Source: Candidatus Gottesmanbacteria bacterium (lineage in GTDB: Bacteria; Patescibacteriota; Microgenomatia; UBA10105; UBA927). From it: 64,000 bases of DNA. Location of the stretch: the NCBI GenBank assembly GCA_963711735.1, contig CAVQFA010000003.1:210971-274970 (forward strand). The letters run 5' to 3'. Position numbers and translations under genes: made by a program. The first letter of the stretch is position 1; every line of letters begins with the position of its first letter. Under the pieces are notes generated by a model. That model was not told where the DNA came from and did not search any database. It saw only the letters and a program-made list of their open reading frames with translations. This document shows, in pieces, positions 1 through 9,144 of this stretch.

Positions 1-347
1 CCCGTCGGTGTCCGTCCCCACTTTCCTGAGGAAATAAGGTAGTCATACACTTTATTATTGCCTTCAAACGCATATAACCGTTGGTTCGTAAGGTCAATTT
101 CAATACGCTTGTCCGCACGGTACGCACCTAGCACATCGGATGAGTATGCAAACGGCGGAGGATTATAAAGAGAGCTTATGGACCTGCCGTGAAACACCCC
201 GCTCACGCTTGAAGGATCATAGAGTCCCGTGAGTGTAGACGGATCTATGGGTTTTTGACCGGAAAATTGGTAGGGAAGGAAGATGATACCGACGTACATT
301 CCGAGACACAGAGATACGATGGCAAAAAAAAGTTTTTTTGCTGACAT
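1..347 (-). CDS. L,D-transpeptidase (YkuD family), runs off window edge
   Basis: Manual translation from ATG at 347: N-terminal TM segment, then KRIEIDLTNQRLYAFEGNNKVYDYLISSGKWGRTPTG, typical start of a YkuD domain; not in ORF track. Confidence 0.8.
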   Translation of the reverse strand, partial: MSAKKLFFAIVSLCLGMYVGIIFLPYQFSGQKPIDPSTLTGLYDPSSVSGVFHGRSISSLYNPPPFAYSSDVLGAYRADKRIEIDLTNQRLYAFEGNNKVYDYLISSGKWGRTPT

Positions 348-459
348 AATACCAATGTAAAGGAATGCAATACGTTTGACAATTGGAAATATACAATGCT
401 GAATAATTGAGATTGGTGGCGTTATAAAATCATGATATAATTCGTTCGTTCATTGATAT

Positions 460-753
460 TCCCCTGTAGCTCAATGGTAGAGCGGCTTCCTGTCAAAATG
501 GCAGCGCTTAGCAGTAATGCTATGTGTAAAATCGGGCTAATTCGGGGAACTCCCGCACCAGACGGTGTAGGATTATCCCGAGCTAAATTCCGAAGCATGC
601 TGAGGATTAGTCCTGAGCAAAGCTGAAGGATAAATGTGTAGAGACTATATACCCGATCCGCCCTGGGCGGAATGAGATAGTCCGGACCATTCAGTAATGA
701 GTGGATTAACTGTAAGAAGAAGGTTGTAGGTTCGAATCCTACCGGGGGAGCCA
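460..753 (+). tRNA. tRNA-Asn(GTT), exons 460-493 and 713-753
   Basis: Spliced product is a 75-nt cloverleaf: acceptor TCCCCTG/CGGGGGA, D arm AGCTCAATGGTAGAGC, anticodon loop CT-GTT-AA, T arm GTAGG-TTCGAAT-CCTAC, discriminator G, encoded CCA. Confidence 0.93.
494..712 (+). ncRNA. Group I intron in the anticodon (position 35/36), no ORF
   Basis: Exon 1 ends in U and the intron ends in G; P1 CTGTCA/TGGCAG has the U.G pair at the splice site; P3 ATCGGG(531)/CCCGAT(652); P element AATTCGGGGAAC; P7 GACTA(643)/TAGTC(678); GTAA tetraloops in P2 and P9. Confidence 0.9.
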
Positions 754-801
754 TTTGGCACTTAGTATACCAAGTTTAGCCTCATTTAAAGATGAGAACT
801 T

Positions 802-1791
802 ATGATGAAAATTATTAAACCTACTAAACTTCAAAAAGGCGACACTGTAGGAGTTGTTGCAACCTCCTTTCCGTTCCCAAAAGACGAAACTAGCGATTAT
901 TTTCTCCAATATAAAAAAGGTGTTCGAGAATTGGAGAGTATGGGTTTTAAAGTTAAAGAAGGCAAGAATTTACGGAAATCAAAGTGGTGGTTTGCAGGTA
1001 CACCTGAAGAGAGAGCGTCAGACATCAACTTAATGTTTGCTGATCCTGAAATAAAAGCGATTATTGTTCATGACGGTGGGCAGTCTGCTATAGCGATATT
1101 AGAACACATTGATTATCAACTCGTTAAGGCAAATCCTAAACCATTCATTGGATTTAGCGATATAACAAATATTCACTGCGCCTTATTTACAAAAACGGGA
1201 TTAGTTGGATTCCATGGACCACTGTTAACTTATGGTTTAGGAAGGGTTTGGGAAAAATATCTACCTAATAAAATTAAGGAAGGAAAGGATCAACTTTTCA
1301 AAACACTTACCTCAAATGACATATTGGGAAAAATAAACCCACTTACTCAATGGGAATCTTGGAGAGATGGAACAGTTACGGGGCAACTTTTTGGTGGAAA
1401 TTTAAGCATGTTGTCTTCTTTGGTTGGCACTACATACTTTCCCAAGGTAGAAGATTTAAGAGGATCAGTATTGTTTTGGGAAACCGACAACACACCATCT
1501 TATCGTATTGAAAGAGGTTTGTATCAATTAAAATATGCAGGAATTTTGGATGTTATTTCAGGAATGCTGATTGGAAAATTGCCTGGAATTAAAAGAACGG
1601 CTTGGGAAGGATTAGAAGAACCAACGCCAAAGCAAATAGTTATGGAAATTTTGAAAAATTACAGTTTCCCGATATTAAGTGGGATTGATTTTGGTCACGA
1701 GACAGTTGATATCCCTATGCCAATTGGACTGGAAGCAAGAGTGGATTCAACGAATCTTAGTTTGGAAATATTAGAGTCTGCTGTTGTTTAA
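802..1791 (+). CDS. LD-carboxypeptidase / MccF-like peptidase S66
   Basis: GFSDIT nucleophile motif, GGNLS, FGH. Confidence 0.9.
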   Translation: MMKIIKPTKLQKGDTVGVVATSFPFPKDETSDYFLQYKKGVRELESMGFKVKEGKNLRKSKWWFAGTPEERASDINLMFADPEIKAIIVHDGGQSAIAILEHIDYQLVKANPKPFIGFSDITNIHCALFTKTGLVGFHGPLLTYGLGRVWEKYLPNKIKEGKDQLFKTLTSNDILGKINPLTQWESWRDGTVTGQLFGGNLSMLSSLVGTTYFPKVEDLRGSVLFWETDNTPSYRIERGLYQLKYAGILDVISGMLIGKLPGIKRTAWEGLEEPTPKQIVMEILKNYSFPILSGIDFGHETVDIPMPIGLEARVDSTNLSLEILESAVV

Positions 1792-1936
1792 CTTTTTCTA
1801 TTTCCTCTCTGATTTGAGCTACAAGCATAAAGTCAGAGAAAGCCTTGATAATACAAGCTAATTGCGTGGTTATATTAGAGTTGCGATCCTCGAGCTAGAA
1901 TTTTTTAGCCTCAAATTTCGTCATTTTTTCCGTGAC

Positions 1937-1957
1937 CACGGATGGACAATCGAACCT
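1937..1957 (-). repeat. Inverted, degenerate copy of the cassette-boundary repeat (B1)
   Basis: CACGGATGGACAATCGAACCT closely matches 4052-4073; its reverse complement aligns with the repeat at 4941. Confidence 0.6.
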
Positions 1958-1990
1958 GACCGGTTGTAACAAGGCTATAGCGGTGATACC

Positions 1991-2010
1991 ATATGAATAT
2001 GGATTCATAT
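1991..2010. promoter_or_regulatory. Probable ArsR operator overlapping the arsR start
   Basis: Perfect inverted repeat ATATGAAT-N4-ATTCATAT; upstream promoter TTGTAA-N17-TACCAT. Confidence 0.65.
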
Positions 2011-2304
2011 AGTTGTTGTACACCGGCGAAACAGGAATTTAATCATGTGACTTCGTTATCGTCACTTTTAAAGCTCGTGGGAGAGGCAAGTAGATTGAAA
2101 ATCCTCTGTATTCTTCGACAGGGCCAGCATTGTGTATGCGAAATAGAAAAACATGTTGACCAGTCACAAAGTTTAATCTCACATCACTTAAAGGATTTAA
2201 AAGGAGCAGAGCTGGTGATCGATGAAAAGAAGGGGTTGTGGGCTTACTATTCATTAACTGATAAAGGTAAAGAAATTACCGATATTTTGTTTCAAATCAA
2301 ATAA
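1993..2304 (+). CDS. arsR: ArsR/SmtB family regulator
   Basis: RLKIL..L, CVCEI, SQSLISHHLKDL HTH, G.WAYYSL wing. Confidence 0.9.
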   Translation: MNMDSYSCCTPAKQEFNHVTSLSSLLKLVGEASRLKILCILRQGQHCVCEIEKHVDQSQSLISHHLKDLKGAELVIDEKKGLWAYYSLTDKGKEITDILFQIK

Positions 2305-2307
2305 CGT

Positions 2308-2994
2308 ATGCAGAAATTATTAATAGAGTGGAAATACTTTGATAAAGGTGGTGTGACTTGTAAACGCTGCTCTCAGACCGGGAGCAACTTGGGTGATGTC
2401 ATAAAACAAGTCAAAAATGAGTACGCCTCAAAAGGAATTGAGATTGAGTATAAAGAAACCAAACTTCCCGAAAGTCGGATGTCAGAATCCAATCGGGTGA
2501 TTATTAACGGGAAGCTTCTTGAAAACTTAATTCCTGATGCTCAGGTTGGAGAAAACCATTGTGATTCCTGTTCAGATTTAATAGATGATCCATCAGGATG
2601 CAACTGCCGGACAGTCAAACTGGGCGACGATATATATGAAGCAATTCCCGCTGAACTTATACGTCAAGCTATTACTAATTCATTAAATACAGAACGGAAA
2701 ACTATGAATATCCAAGTCTTAGGTTCAGGTTGTGCAACATGCAAGAAGTTATATGAACTCACTCAAGAAGCGGTAAAACAACTCAAACTCGATGAGAAAG
2801 TGGAGTATATTACCGATGTTTCCAAGATTGTAGAAATGGGTGTAATGTCCAGTCCAGTTCTAGCTATTAATGGACAACCTGTAATGGTTGGATTCGTCCC
2901 TGATGTAGAAAAGATAAAGAGTCTTTTGACAACGGAAGCTAAAGCTCCTGAAGTTAAAAAATCAGAATGCAGCTGTGGAGGTGGTTGTTGCTAA
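2308..2994 (+). CDS. DUF2703-like domain fused to small thioredoxin-like (MTH895/redox-active disulfide) domain
   Basis: TCKRCSQTG in the N-terminal domain; IQVLGSGCATC and GVMSSPVLAING in the C-terminal domain; Cys-rich tail; ars context. Confidence 0.75.
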   Translation: MQKLLIEWKYFDKGGVTCKRCSQTGSNLGDVIKQVKNEYASKGIEIEYKETKLPESRMSESNRVIINGKLLENLIPDAQVGENHCDSCSDLIDDPSGCNCRTVKLGDDIYEAIPAELIRQAITNSLNTERKTMNIQVLGSGCATCKKLYELTQEAVKQLKLDEKVEYITDVSKIVEMGVMSSPVLAINGQPVMVGFVPDVEKIKSLLTTEAKAPEVKKSECSCGGGCC

Positions 2995-2995
2995 T

Positions 2996-3976
2996 ATGGA
3001 CATATTCTTTCCCGTTCAACAGCTCGCTGACCAAGTAACCTACGGATTACTTAATATAGATAAGACAAGCTACTTAGGGAGTGCGGTTAACTTCTTTATT
3101 TACGATTCAATCAAGATCGGAATATTGCTTGTCGTCATCAACTATGTGATGGCGATAACCCGATATTACTTTCCGATGGAGAAAGTCAGGGATTTGCTTA
3201 CGAAACGAAGATGGTTCGGTTTGGATTACCTGTTTGCCGCACTCCTCGGGGTTATCACGCCGTTTTGTTCCTGTTCTTCAATTCCCTTGTTTATCGGATT
3301 CCTGAGTGCCGGTATTCCTCTGGGGATAACATTCGCATTTCTTATCAGCTCACCGCTTATCAATGAATCATCACTTTTTCTGTTTCCGGCAATGTTCGGA
3401 ATGAAAATTACGATTCTCTACAATCTGGTGGGAATCGGCGTGAGCATCCTGGGTGGGATGTTGATTCAGCGATTAGGCATGGAAAAGTATGTTGAGTCGT
3501 CACTTTTGCAGTTTAAAAATAGACGGCAGATTATAGCAGAACAGGGTGGTAATGAACCGTTACTCAAAGAGCGATTAAAACTATGGTGGGAGGATGGAAT
3601 GGGTATTACTAAGAAAGTCTATCCATACGTTTTACTTGGTGTTGGTGTAGGAGCCATCATACATGGTTTTGTCCCGCAATCACTGATTGAACAATATCTC
3701 GGTATGCGTACCTGGTGGTCAGTGCCTGTTGCAACACTTCTGGGAGTGCCACTTTATGCTAATTCAGTGAGCGTTATCCCTGTCATGCAAGCCTTAGTCG
3801 GAAAAGGAGTGCCAATTGGAACCGCCCTGGCTTTTATGACGGCAACCGTAACTCTTTCTATTCCTGAAGCTCTTATTCTAAAAAAGGCGATGAAATTTCC
3901 ATTGATGCTAACATTTTTCGGAATAACGACTGTCGGAATCATGATAATGGGATATATATTTAATTGGATGTATTAA
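2996..3976 (+). CDS. arsP: ArsP/DUF318 family permease
   Basis: TPFCSCSSIP and GVPLY motifs, multiple TM segments, downstream of arsR. Confidence 0.85.
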   Translation: MDIFFPVQQLADQVTYGLLNIDKTSYLGSAVNFFIYDSIKIGILLVVINYVMAITRYYFPMEKVRDLLTKRRWFGLDYLFAALLGVITPFCSCSSIPLFIGFLSAGIPLGITFAFLISSPLINESSLFLFPAMFGMKITILYNLVGIGVSILGGMLIQRLGMEKYVESSLLQFKNRRQIIAEQGGNEPLLKERLKLWWEDGMGITKKVYPYVLLGVGVGAIIHGFVPQSLIEQYLGMRTWWSVPVATLLGVPLYANSVSVIPVMQALVGKGVPIGTALAFMTATVTLSIPEALILKKAMKFPLMLTFFGITTVGIMIMGYIFNWMY

Positions 3977-3991
3977 ATAATAGCTTGGTAA

Positions 3992-4026
3992 TAGGCTCTA
4001 ACGTTGTACATCCCGCGGAGCAAGTT
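3992..4026 (+). repeat. Cassette-boundary repeat A1 (att-like)
   Basis: TAGGCTCTAACGTTGTACATCCCGCGGAGCAAGTT. Confidence 0.9.
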
Positions 4027-4051
4027 ATTCTGACGATCTAAACTTCAGTAG

Positions 4052-4075
4052 CACGGATGGACGGTTCGAACCTAT
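4052..4075 (-). repeat. Inverted copy of the boundary repeat (B2)
   Basis: Reverse complement ATAGGTTCGAAC--CGTCCATCCGTG aligns to A2 ATAGGCTCTAACGTCGTCCATCCCTC. Confidence 0.65.
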
Positions 4076-4156
4076 ACCATACTTTATTCGTTTTTCTTCA
4101 AAACCTCGATTTATATACTTATAAATAATATACTTATACTTAGATAAAAGGAATTT

Positions 4157-4951
4157 ATGGATATTAATAGTATTATTGATAGTGCAAAAAAACAGGTGGA
4201 TACTGTTAAAAATCAGGAAGTTAATCCTGATAAAACAGCTAGTTTTATTAAATCAGGAGCATCAATTATTTCTGGCTACGGCATTTTGAAGACAATTCGG
4301 TTTTCTGTAATCGCAATTATTGTTTTAATAATATTTATATATAAAGGGCTTCCAATATATATTGGTGGAGGGGCCATTTTGTTTTTATTAGTATTTTCTG
4401 CTCTTCAGTTAATCTCTTTCAAAAGAATACGTTCAGTAAGCCTAGATGAGAAAACAAACACACGCAATCCTATTACCATTGGAACTGATGAAAAGGTAAT
4501 AAACTATATTGTTGGAATTATGAGATCCGGTTTAGGTTTAAGAGGTGTTGAGATTTTGGGTGCCGGAAAGATTAATAATCCAGAAAACGCAATACTTATT
4601 ACAGACAATCAGGTAATTTTTATTGTTGTTCCTGTAGAAGGAGCTGATAAATTAATTTCAGGGACAGATATTGCTATGTGGCAATGGTTGTTATCTAAAA
4701 ATAATATTGAGGAGAAATTAAAGAATCTACTCGCATCAAATTCCTTATCACAAATTGTAAATATGCATCAGGGAAATTTTTCTATGCCCCTAAATCAGCT
4801 AAATGTTAAAATAGGAAGCGGGATTACTCAATCAATTTGTTTTTCTTCGGGAGATAAGAAAGTCTGTTATTCGGTTCGAGATAAAAACGACCTAGAAAAA
4901 GCGAAAATGATATTCACTAATTATTTAGTCAATAAATTAAATAGGCTCTAA
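4157..4951 (+). CDS. Hypothetical membrane protein, very AT-rich
   Basis: 264-aa ORF with two TM segments and an AAGGA SD; stop codon lies inside repeat A2. Confidence 0.75.
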   Translation: MDINSIIDSAKKQVDTVKNQEVNPDKTASFIKSGASIISGYGILKTIRFSVIAIIVLIIFIYKGLPIYIGGGAILFLLVFSALQLISFKRIRSVSLDEKTNTRNPITIGTDEKVINYIVGIMRSGLGLRGVEILGAGKINNPENAILITDNQVIFIVVPVEGADKLISGTDIAMWQWLLSKNNIEEKLKNLLASNSLSQIVNMHQGNFSMPLNQLNVKIGSGITQSICFSSGDKKVCYSVRDKNDLEKAKMIFTNYLVNKLNRL

Positions 4952-4971
4952 CGTCGTCCATCCCTCGGAGC
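4941..4971 (+). repeat. Cassette-boundary repeat A2
   Basis: ATAGGCTCTAACGTCGTCCATCCCTCGGAGC. Confidence 0.9.
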
Positions 4972-4977
4972 TTAAAT

Positions 4978-5736
4978 TTACGTTGTAATAGGACGGGCTT
5001 TTTCCCACTGACCTTCGAAGTATTCTGATAATGCCCTGGAAAGATTACGACTGTGAATTTTTAGGGCGACACGGTTTTCGGGATTTTTGGTATCACTTAC
5101 AGACAGCAGTGCTGTGTTTTCATCAGCAACAACGATGTGGAATCCTTCCCCTTGACTATGGCGTACTTCAAGTCCCATACGTATCCACCGGCTTAAGATA
5201 GCTTTATTCGTTTCGTCATATTTGTGAACGATAAACCTGATCCGGACACCACGCTCGATACAATCACGATTGACAAGAAGGGTTTCTTCCGGAACGGCTT
5301 CACCAAGAGAAATGATCAGAATCTCAGTCTTGGCAGACTCGGCAAGTGACACATACACGCGAAATAGGTCATCCTTGCCGCCCAATAGGTCTATTCGAGT
5401 GTCATCGATTTTCGGTTCAGAGGGTAACTCTGTAAGAATTTCTGACTTGATACTCTCCAGCTCGGCAATTCTATTTTTGACAAACGACGTAAATGCTATT
5501 GATGGGGAGACAGCGGCAAACGCTTTCGGACGGTTTACCGTAAGGGTAATCAGATGCTCTTTTTTTAATTTCTCAAGAATGCGGTAAAGGGCGTTCGGGT
5601 ATACCCTCATCATGTCTGACAGGGTGCGGACGGAGAGAGGACCTTTTTTCAGCAAAGCGAGATAAGCCTGGGTTTCCTGCGGTGACAATCCCAAGCTGAT
5701 AAGGCGTTCTTTTGAAACGCGACTGTATATGTCCAT
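4978..5736 (-). CDS. TrmB family transcriptional regulator
   Basis: LGLSPQETQAYLALL N-terminal wHTH; C-terminal PLD-like effector domain (YFEGQWEKA). Confidence 0.85.
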   Translation of the reverse strand: MDIYSRVSKERLISLGLSPQETQAYLALLKKGPLSVRTLSDMMRVYPNALYRILEKLKKEHLITLTVNRPKAFAAVSPSIAFTSFVKNRIAELESIKSEILTELPSEPKIDDTRIDLLGGKDDLFRVYVSLAESAKTEILIISLGEAVPEETLLVNRDCIERGVRIRFIVHKYDETNKAILSRWIRMGLEVRHSQGEGFHIVVADENTALLSVSDTKNPENRVALKIHSRNLSRALSEYFEGQWEKARPITT

Positions 5737-5796
5737 TCACCATATTTTAACATATAAATGTTAAAAATGCATCCGTCTTGGTATAATCGTCTCCAT

Positions 5797-6222
5797 ATGA
5801 CAGAACAAGACCGATCACTCACGCCTGTACAAAGGCTATACATCCAGCGTGAAGATGCTGTTTCAAAGTTAGAGGCAGGTGATGGAGAAGTATTTAATGC
5901 ATATCTAGCCGATTTAACCCTGGAGCTTAACAAAGAGATGCGGTTGGTATCCGGTCCAGAAGGCGGTAATGTAGAAGCAGCCTGGTTAGTCTCATACAGC
6001 ACATCGACGTTAGCAGCTTTATATCTTGCAGATACGCGTACCGCACTGGAACGGGGTGTTACTCCAATCTGGCTTGATCTGGCGGCCGTTAATTTCATGA
6101 TCATGGATGACTATCGGGGGTTTCAGGTTCTTTTCGATGGATATCTTGAGCTGAAGAAAGAGGCAAATGAAAAGGGTATAAGGGGAATCGACACGATGAA
6201 ATTTCTGCCTATAGCGAAGTAG
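5797..6222 (+). CDS. Hypothetical protein divergent from TrmB
   Basis: ORF with TATAAT shortly upstream of ATG 5797. Confidence 0.6.
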   Translation: MTEQDRSLTPVQRLYIQREDAVSKLEAGDGEVFNAYLADLTLELNKEMRLVSGPEGGNVEAAWLVSYSTSTLAALYLADTRTALERGVTPIWLDLAAVNFMIMDDYRGFQVLFDGYLELKKEANEKGIRGIDTMKFLPIAK

Positions 6223-6259
6223 ACAGGTGAAAGCAGAGAGTCAAGGACCGGTGAAGAAG

Positions 6260-6294
6260 TAGGCTCTAACGTCGTACATCCCGTGGAGCAAGTT
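6260..6294 (+). repeat. Cassette-boundary repeat A3
   Basis: TAGGCTCTAACGTCGTACATCCCGTGGAGCAAGTT; 2 differences from A1. Confidence 0.9.
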
Positions 6295-6309
6295 TGATAT
6301 AATATACAA

Positions 6310-6741
6310 ATGAAATCCAAATCTTTAATTGTTTTGGTAATTCTTGTAGCAGGAGGATTGGGTTATTATCTATTCTCTTCAAAGAAGCCGGTGAATACAC
6401 CAATTCCTTTGCCTTCTGTTACACCCGTCCCAACAATTGGGGAAATTGTTTCACCAACTACTTATCCTGATACCAAATCTGCAATTCAGGAAATTCTGGC
6501 GGAAAAATATAAAAGACCCATATCTGAAGTGAATGTTACAGTCGGGAAAGAACAACCAGGGTATGCCGCAGGCAGTGTTTTGTTCGGGAATGGCGGACCG
6601 AGTGAAGGCGGTATGTGGCTGGCTGTTTCAGGTAATGGATGGCAGGTCGTTTGGGACGGTAATGGGAACGTTGACTGCAATAAAATGCGTCAGGAATATG
6701 GTTTTCCGGATACCATTCTCAAGCCGGACTTTTGTAATTAA
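6310..6741 (+). CDS. Membrane-anchored extracytoplasmic hypothetical protein
   Basis: N-terminal TM, Pro/Thr linker, WQVVWDGNG..C and a terminal Cys. Confidence 0.8.
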   Translation: MKSKSLIVLVILVAGGLGYYLFSSKKPVNTPIPLPSVTPVPTIGEIVSPTTYPDTKSAIQEILAEKYKRPISEVNVTVGKEQPGYAAGSVLFGNGGPSEGGMWLAVSGNGWQVVWDGNGNVDCNKMRQEYGFPDTILKPDFCN

Positions 6742-6744
6742 TTG

Positions 6745-6775
6745 CCGGTACAAAAATCATTCCGCCCTGCGGGCA
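6745..6775 (+). repeat. Possible highly degenerate boundary repeat
   Basis: CCGGTACAAAAATCATTCCGCCCTGCGGGCA matches about half of the 30-nt consensus, ungapped, at a gene boundary. Confidence 0.3.
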
Positions 6776-6795
6776 AAATTTAGTATAATCTGGAT

Positions 6796-7101
6796 ATGTC
6801 TAGGAATCCCATTATAAATGCCCTCAGCGCGTCAGCATACATATTCCTCGGTGTCACGGTTATGACCTTCGTGACACAGCCTTTAAGGAACAAACCTGAC
6901 ACTTTTTTTGCTCCGATCGCAGTTCTATCGCTTTTGACATTGTCCGTTGCAGTAATGGCATTTCTGTTTTTTTATCAACCGATGCTGCTTTTTATTGAAG
7001 GGAAGAAGAAAGACGCGGTAAACCTATTTGTTAAAACCGTCGGCATCTTCGCAGCTCTTACAGCTGTGGTTTTGATTCTGCTTTTTTCCGGTATAATCTA
7101 G
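6796..7101 (+). CDS. Small three-TM membrane protein
   Basis: Hydrophobic ORF with TATAAT just upstream. Confidence 0.75.
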   Translation: MSRNPIINALSASAYIFLGVTVMTFVTQPLRNKPDTFFAPIAVLSLLTLSVAVMAFLFFYQPMLLFIEGKKKDAVNLFVKTVGIFAALTAVVLILLFSGII

Positions 7102-7174
7102 ATTTAGAGTTATTTGTCAGACCCATTCGTTAATAGGTTATATAATCGTATACACTGCACCGGTATGATCCTTT

Positions 7175-8407
7175 ATGTTTTCAGTTAAAAAAATTTCAGT
7201 AATAATTTCCATCCTTTTTTTTACCGTTTTCTTGTTTTCAGCATCTACTATAGTTCAGGCACAGGAAAAGCGCGATAAAACAGTTGTTGCGGTATTTGTC
7301 CGAGAAGGATGTACCCACTGCAAAAGTGAGGAAGAATTTTTGACAAATCTTTCAAACAGACTCAGGACCTTTACTCCGGAATTTCACCGTTTAGAAAATC
7401 CGGATGATCATACGCTGTGGGTTGACCTCACAACCACTCTTCAAATTGCAAAAGTCACTCCGATTACGGTTATCGGAAACACGTATCTCGTAGGTTTTGA
7501 CGATGCAAAAACTACGGGGAATGACATTATAAAGCTCATTTCCGAAGCACAAAAATCCGGAATCCAGACAGATTTGAAAAGTACTCATTTGAAAGAAGCA
7601 GGACAACAAAGCAGTGTCTGTCCGGAAGACGGAAGTGTTCCGTGTGTCGTAAATCCAAAACCCTCGTATATCGTATCGCTCCCGATACTGGGAAAAGTCG
7701 ATTCGGGAAAATATCCCCTGTTTATTCTCTCGGCAATGCTCGGGTTTTTTGACGGATTTAACCCCTGCGCCATGTGGGTACTTGTCACGTTCCTCATTAT
7801 ATTAATCGAAATCGGAAACCGTAAAAAAATGATTATCTTTGCAGGAACATTTATCCTGGCAGAAGCGCTGATGTATACCCTTATTCTGACCGTCTGGTAT
7901 AAAACCTGGGATTTTGTCAGGCTGGATACGCTCGTTACCCCGGTTGTAGGAATAGTCTCAATCATCGGCGGGTTATTTTTCCTGAGAGAATGGCATAAAA
8001 AGGAGCTCGTCTGCAAAGTGACCGATGTTAAGGAGCGGTCCCGGACAACCCAGAAAATACAACAACTGGCAACCGGCAAGTTTACCGTCATAACATTTAT
8101 AGGGATTCTGGGAATTGCCTTTTCCGTTAACATCATTGAGTTTGCGTGCTCCATCGGGATTCCCCAGGCTTTCACCAAGATACTGCAGCTGAATAATCTT
8201 CCGCTTCCGCAATGGCTGTTGATGATTGCCACATATATTTTCTTTTACATGATCGATGATTTGATAGTGTTTGGTTTGGCGTTATGGGGCGCTGATCACC
8301 TCGGGCTCACTACGAAATACAGCAAACTGTCCAATCTGGCAGGAGGCATTGTTATGGTCATTCTTGGAATACTTCTCATTTTTAGATCGCAGCTGTTGTT
8401 ATTCTGA
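7175..8407 (+). CDS. Glutaredoxin-like domain fused to CcdA/DsbD-like membrane domain
   Basis: Signal peptide, CTHC, DGFNPCAMWVL and IEFACSIGIP motifs. Confidence 0.8.
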   Translation: MFSVKKISVIISILFFTVFLFSASTIVQAQEKRDKTVVAVFVREGCTHCKSEEEFLTNLSNRLRTFTPEFHRLENPDDHTLWVDLTTTLQIAKVTPITVIGNTYLVGFDDAKTTGNDIIKLISEAQKSGIQTDLKSTHLKEAGQQSSVCPEDGSVPCVVNPKPSYIVSLPILGKVDSGKYPLFILSAMLGFFDGFNPCAMWVLVTFLIILIEIGNRKKMIIFAGTFILAEALMYTLILTVWYKTWDFVRLDTLVTPVVGIVSIIGGLFFLREWHKKELVCKVTDVKERSRTTQKIQQLATGKFTVITFIGILGIAFSVNIIEFACSIGIPQAFTKILQLNNLPLPQWLLMIATYIFFYMIDDLIVFGLALWGADHLGLTTKYSKLSNLAGGIVMVILGILLIFRSQLLLF

Positions 8408-8449
8408 AGGCGGGGAGACATTTTTTGGTATGATAGAAATGAGGCGAAA

Positions 8450-8827
8450 ATGAACATATCAAATTACTTAGCGCAGTTGTGGGGAATCACTATTGTCGTA
8501 GTGTCTTTTGTTCTCCTCATAAAGCCCATACTTCTAAAAAGACTTTTTGCTGATGTGGAAAACGGCGCAATACTGTTTTTTTTGGGTATAGTTACATTTG
8601 CAACAGGCCTCGCAATGGTGCTCGTACATAATCTCTGGGTACCGGATTGGCGGGTGAGTATTACAATACTCGGATGGCTTACGTTGTTAAAAGGTCTGGA
8701 TCTTCTGTTTCTGCCGGAACGCATGAAAAAAAGATGGCCAATAATGAAAAATTGGCAGTGGCTCCTGATATTCACAATTTTACTTTTAAGCGGTTTGGTT
8801 CTTACCTATTTGGGATTTACTGCATAA
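8450..8827 (+). CDS. Four-TM membrane protein (paralog of 9145)
   Basis: HNLWVPDWRVSITILGW. Confidence 0.75.
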   Translation: MNISNYLAQLWGITIVVVSFVLLIKPILLKRLFADVENGAILFFLGIVTFATGLAMVLVHNLWVPDWRVSITILGWLTLLKGLDLLFLPERMKKRWPIMKNWQWLLIFTILLLSGLVLTYLGFTA

Positions 8828-8945
8828 TCGCATTTCACCTGCCCGGATTCAAATTCCTACTCTTTTTTGTATTTCAGGAGTTTAAAATATATAGGCTTGC
8901 TTCGTTTAAATTGTTATCGGCAGGATCGTATAGTATAGTAATACT

Positions 8946-9140
8946 ATGAACATTCCAAAGTTTATTATCGGGATTTTACTGATTATTCCCGGCGCTTTTA
9001 TGATTGCGGACGGAGTAATGATGATGCTTGGTAATAACCAGATTTTCTTTGATGGGGTAAACTACAAATTTGAATTTGTGGTGGGTTACGCCCTGATTAT
9101 TCTCGGTGCTTCAAATATAGATTCCAAAAAGGGTAGTTAA
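8946..9140 (+). CDS. Small two-TM membrane protein
   Basis: Hydrophobic 64-aa ORF filling the gap between the paralogs. Confidence 0.6.
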   Translation: MNIPKFIIGILLIIPGAFMIADGVMMMLGNNQIFFDGVNYKFEFVVGYALIILGASNIDSKKGS

Positions 9141-9144
9141 TGAT

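Noticed and set aside
460-500. tRNA-Asp(GTC) call
   Set aside because: GTC arises only by reading into the intron; the splice rules and acceptor stem give Asn.
422-754. 110-aa minus-strand ORF
   Set aside because: Antisense shadow of the tRNA and intron (MAPPVGFEPTT is the tRNA 3' end reversed); not a homing endonuclease.
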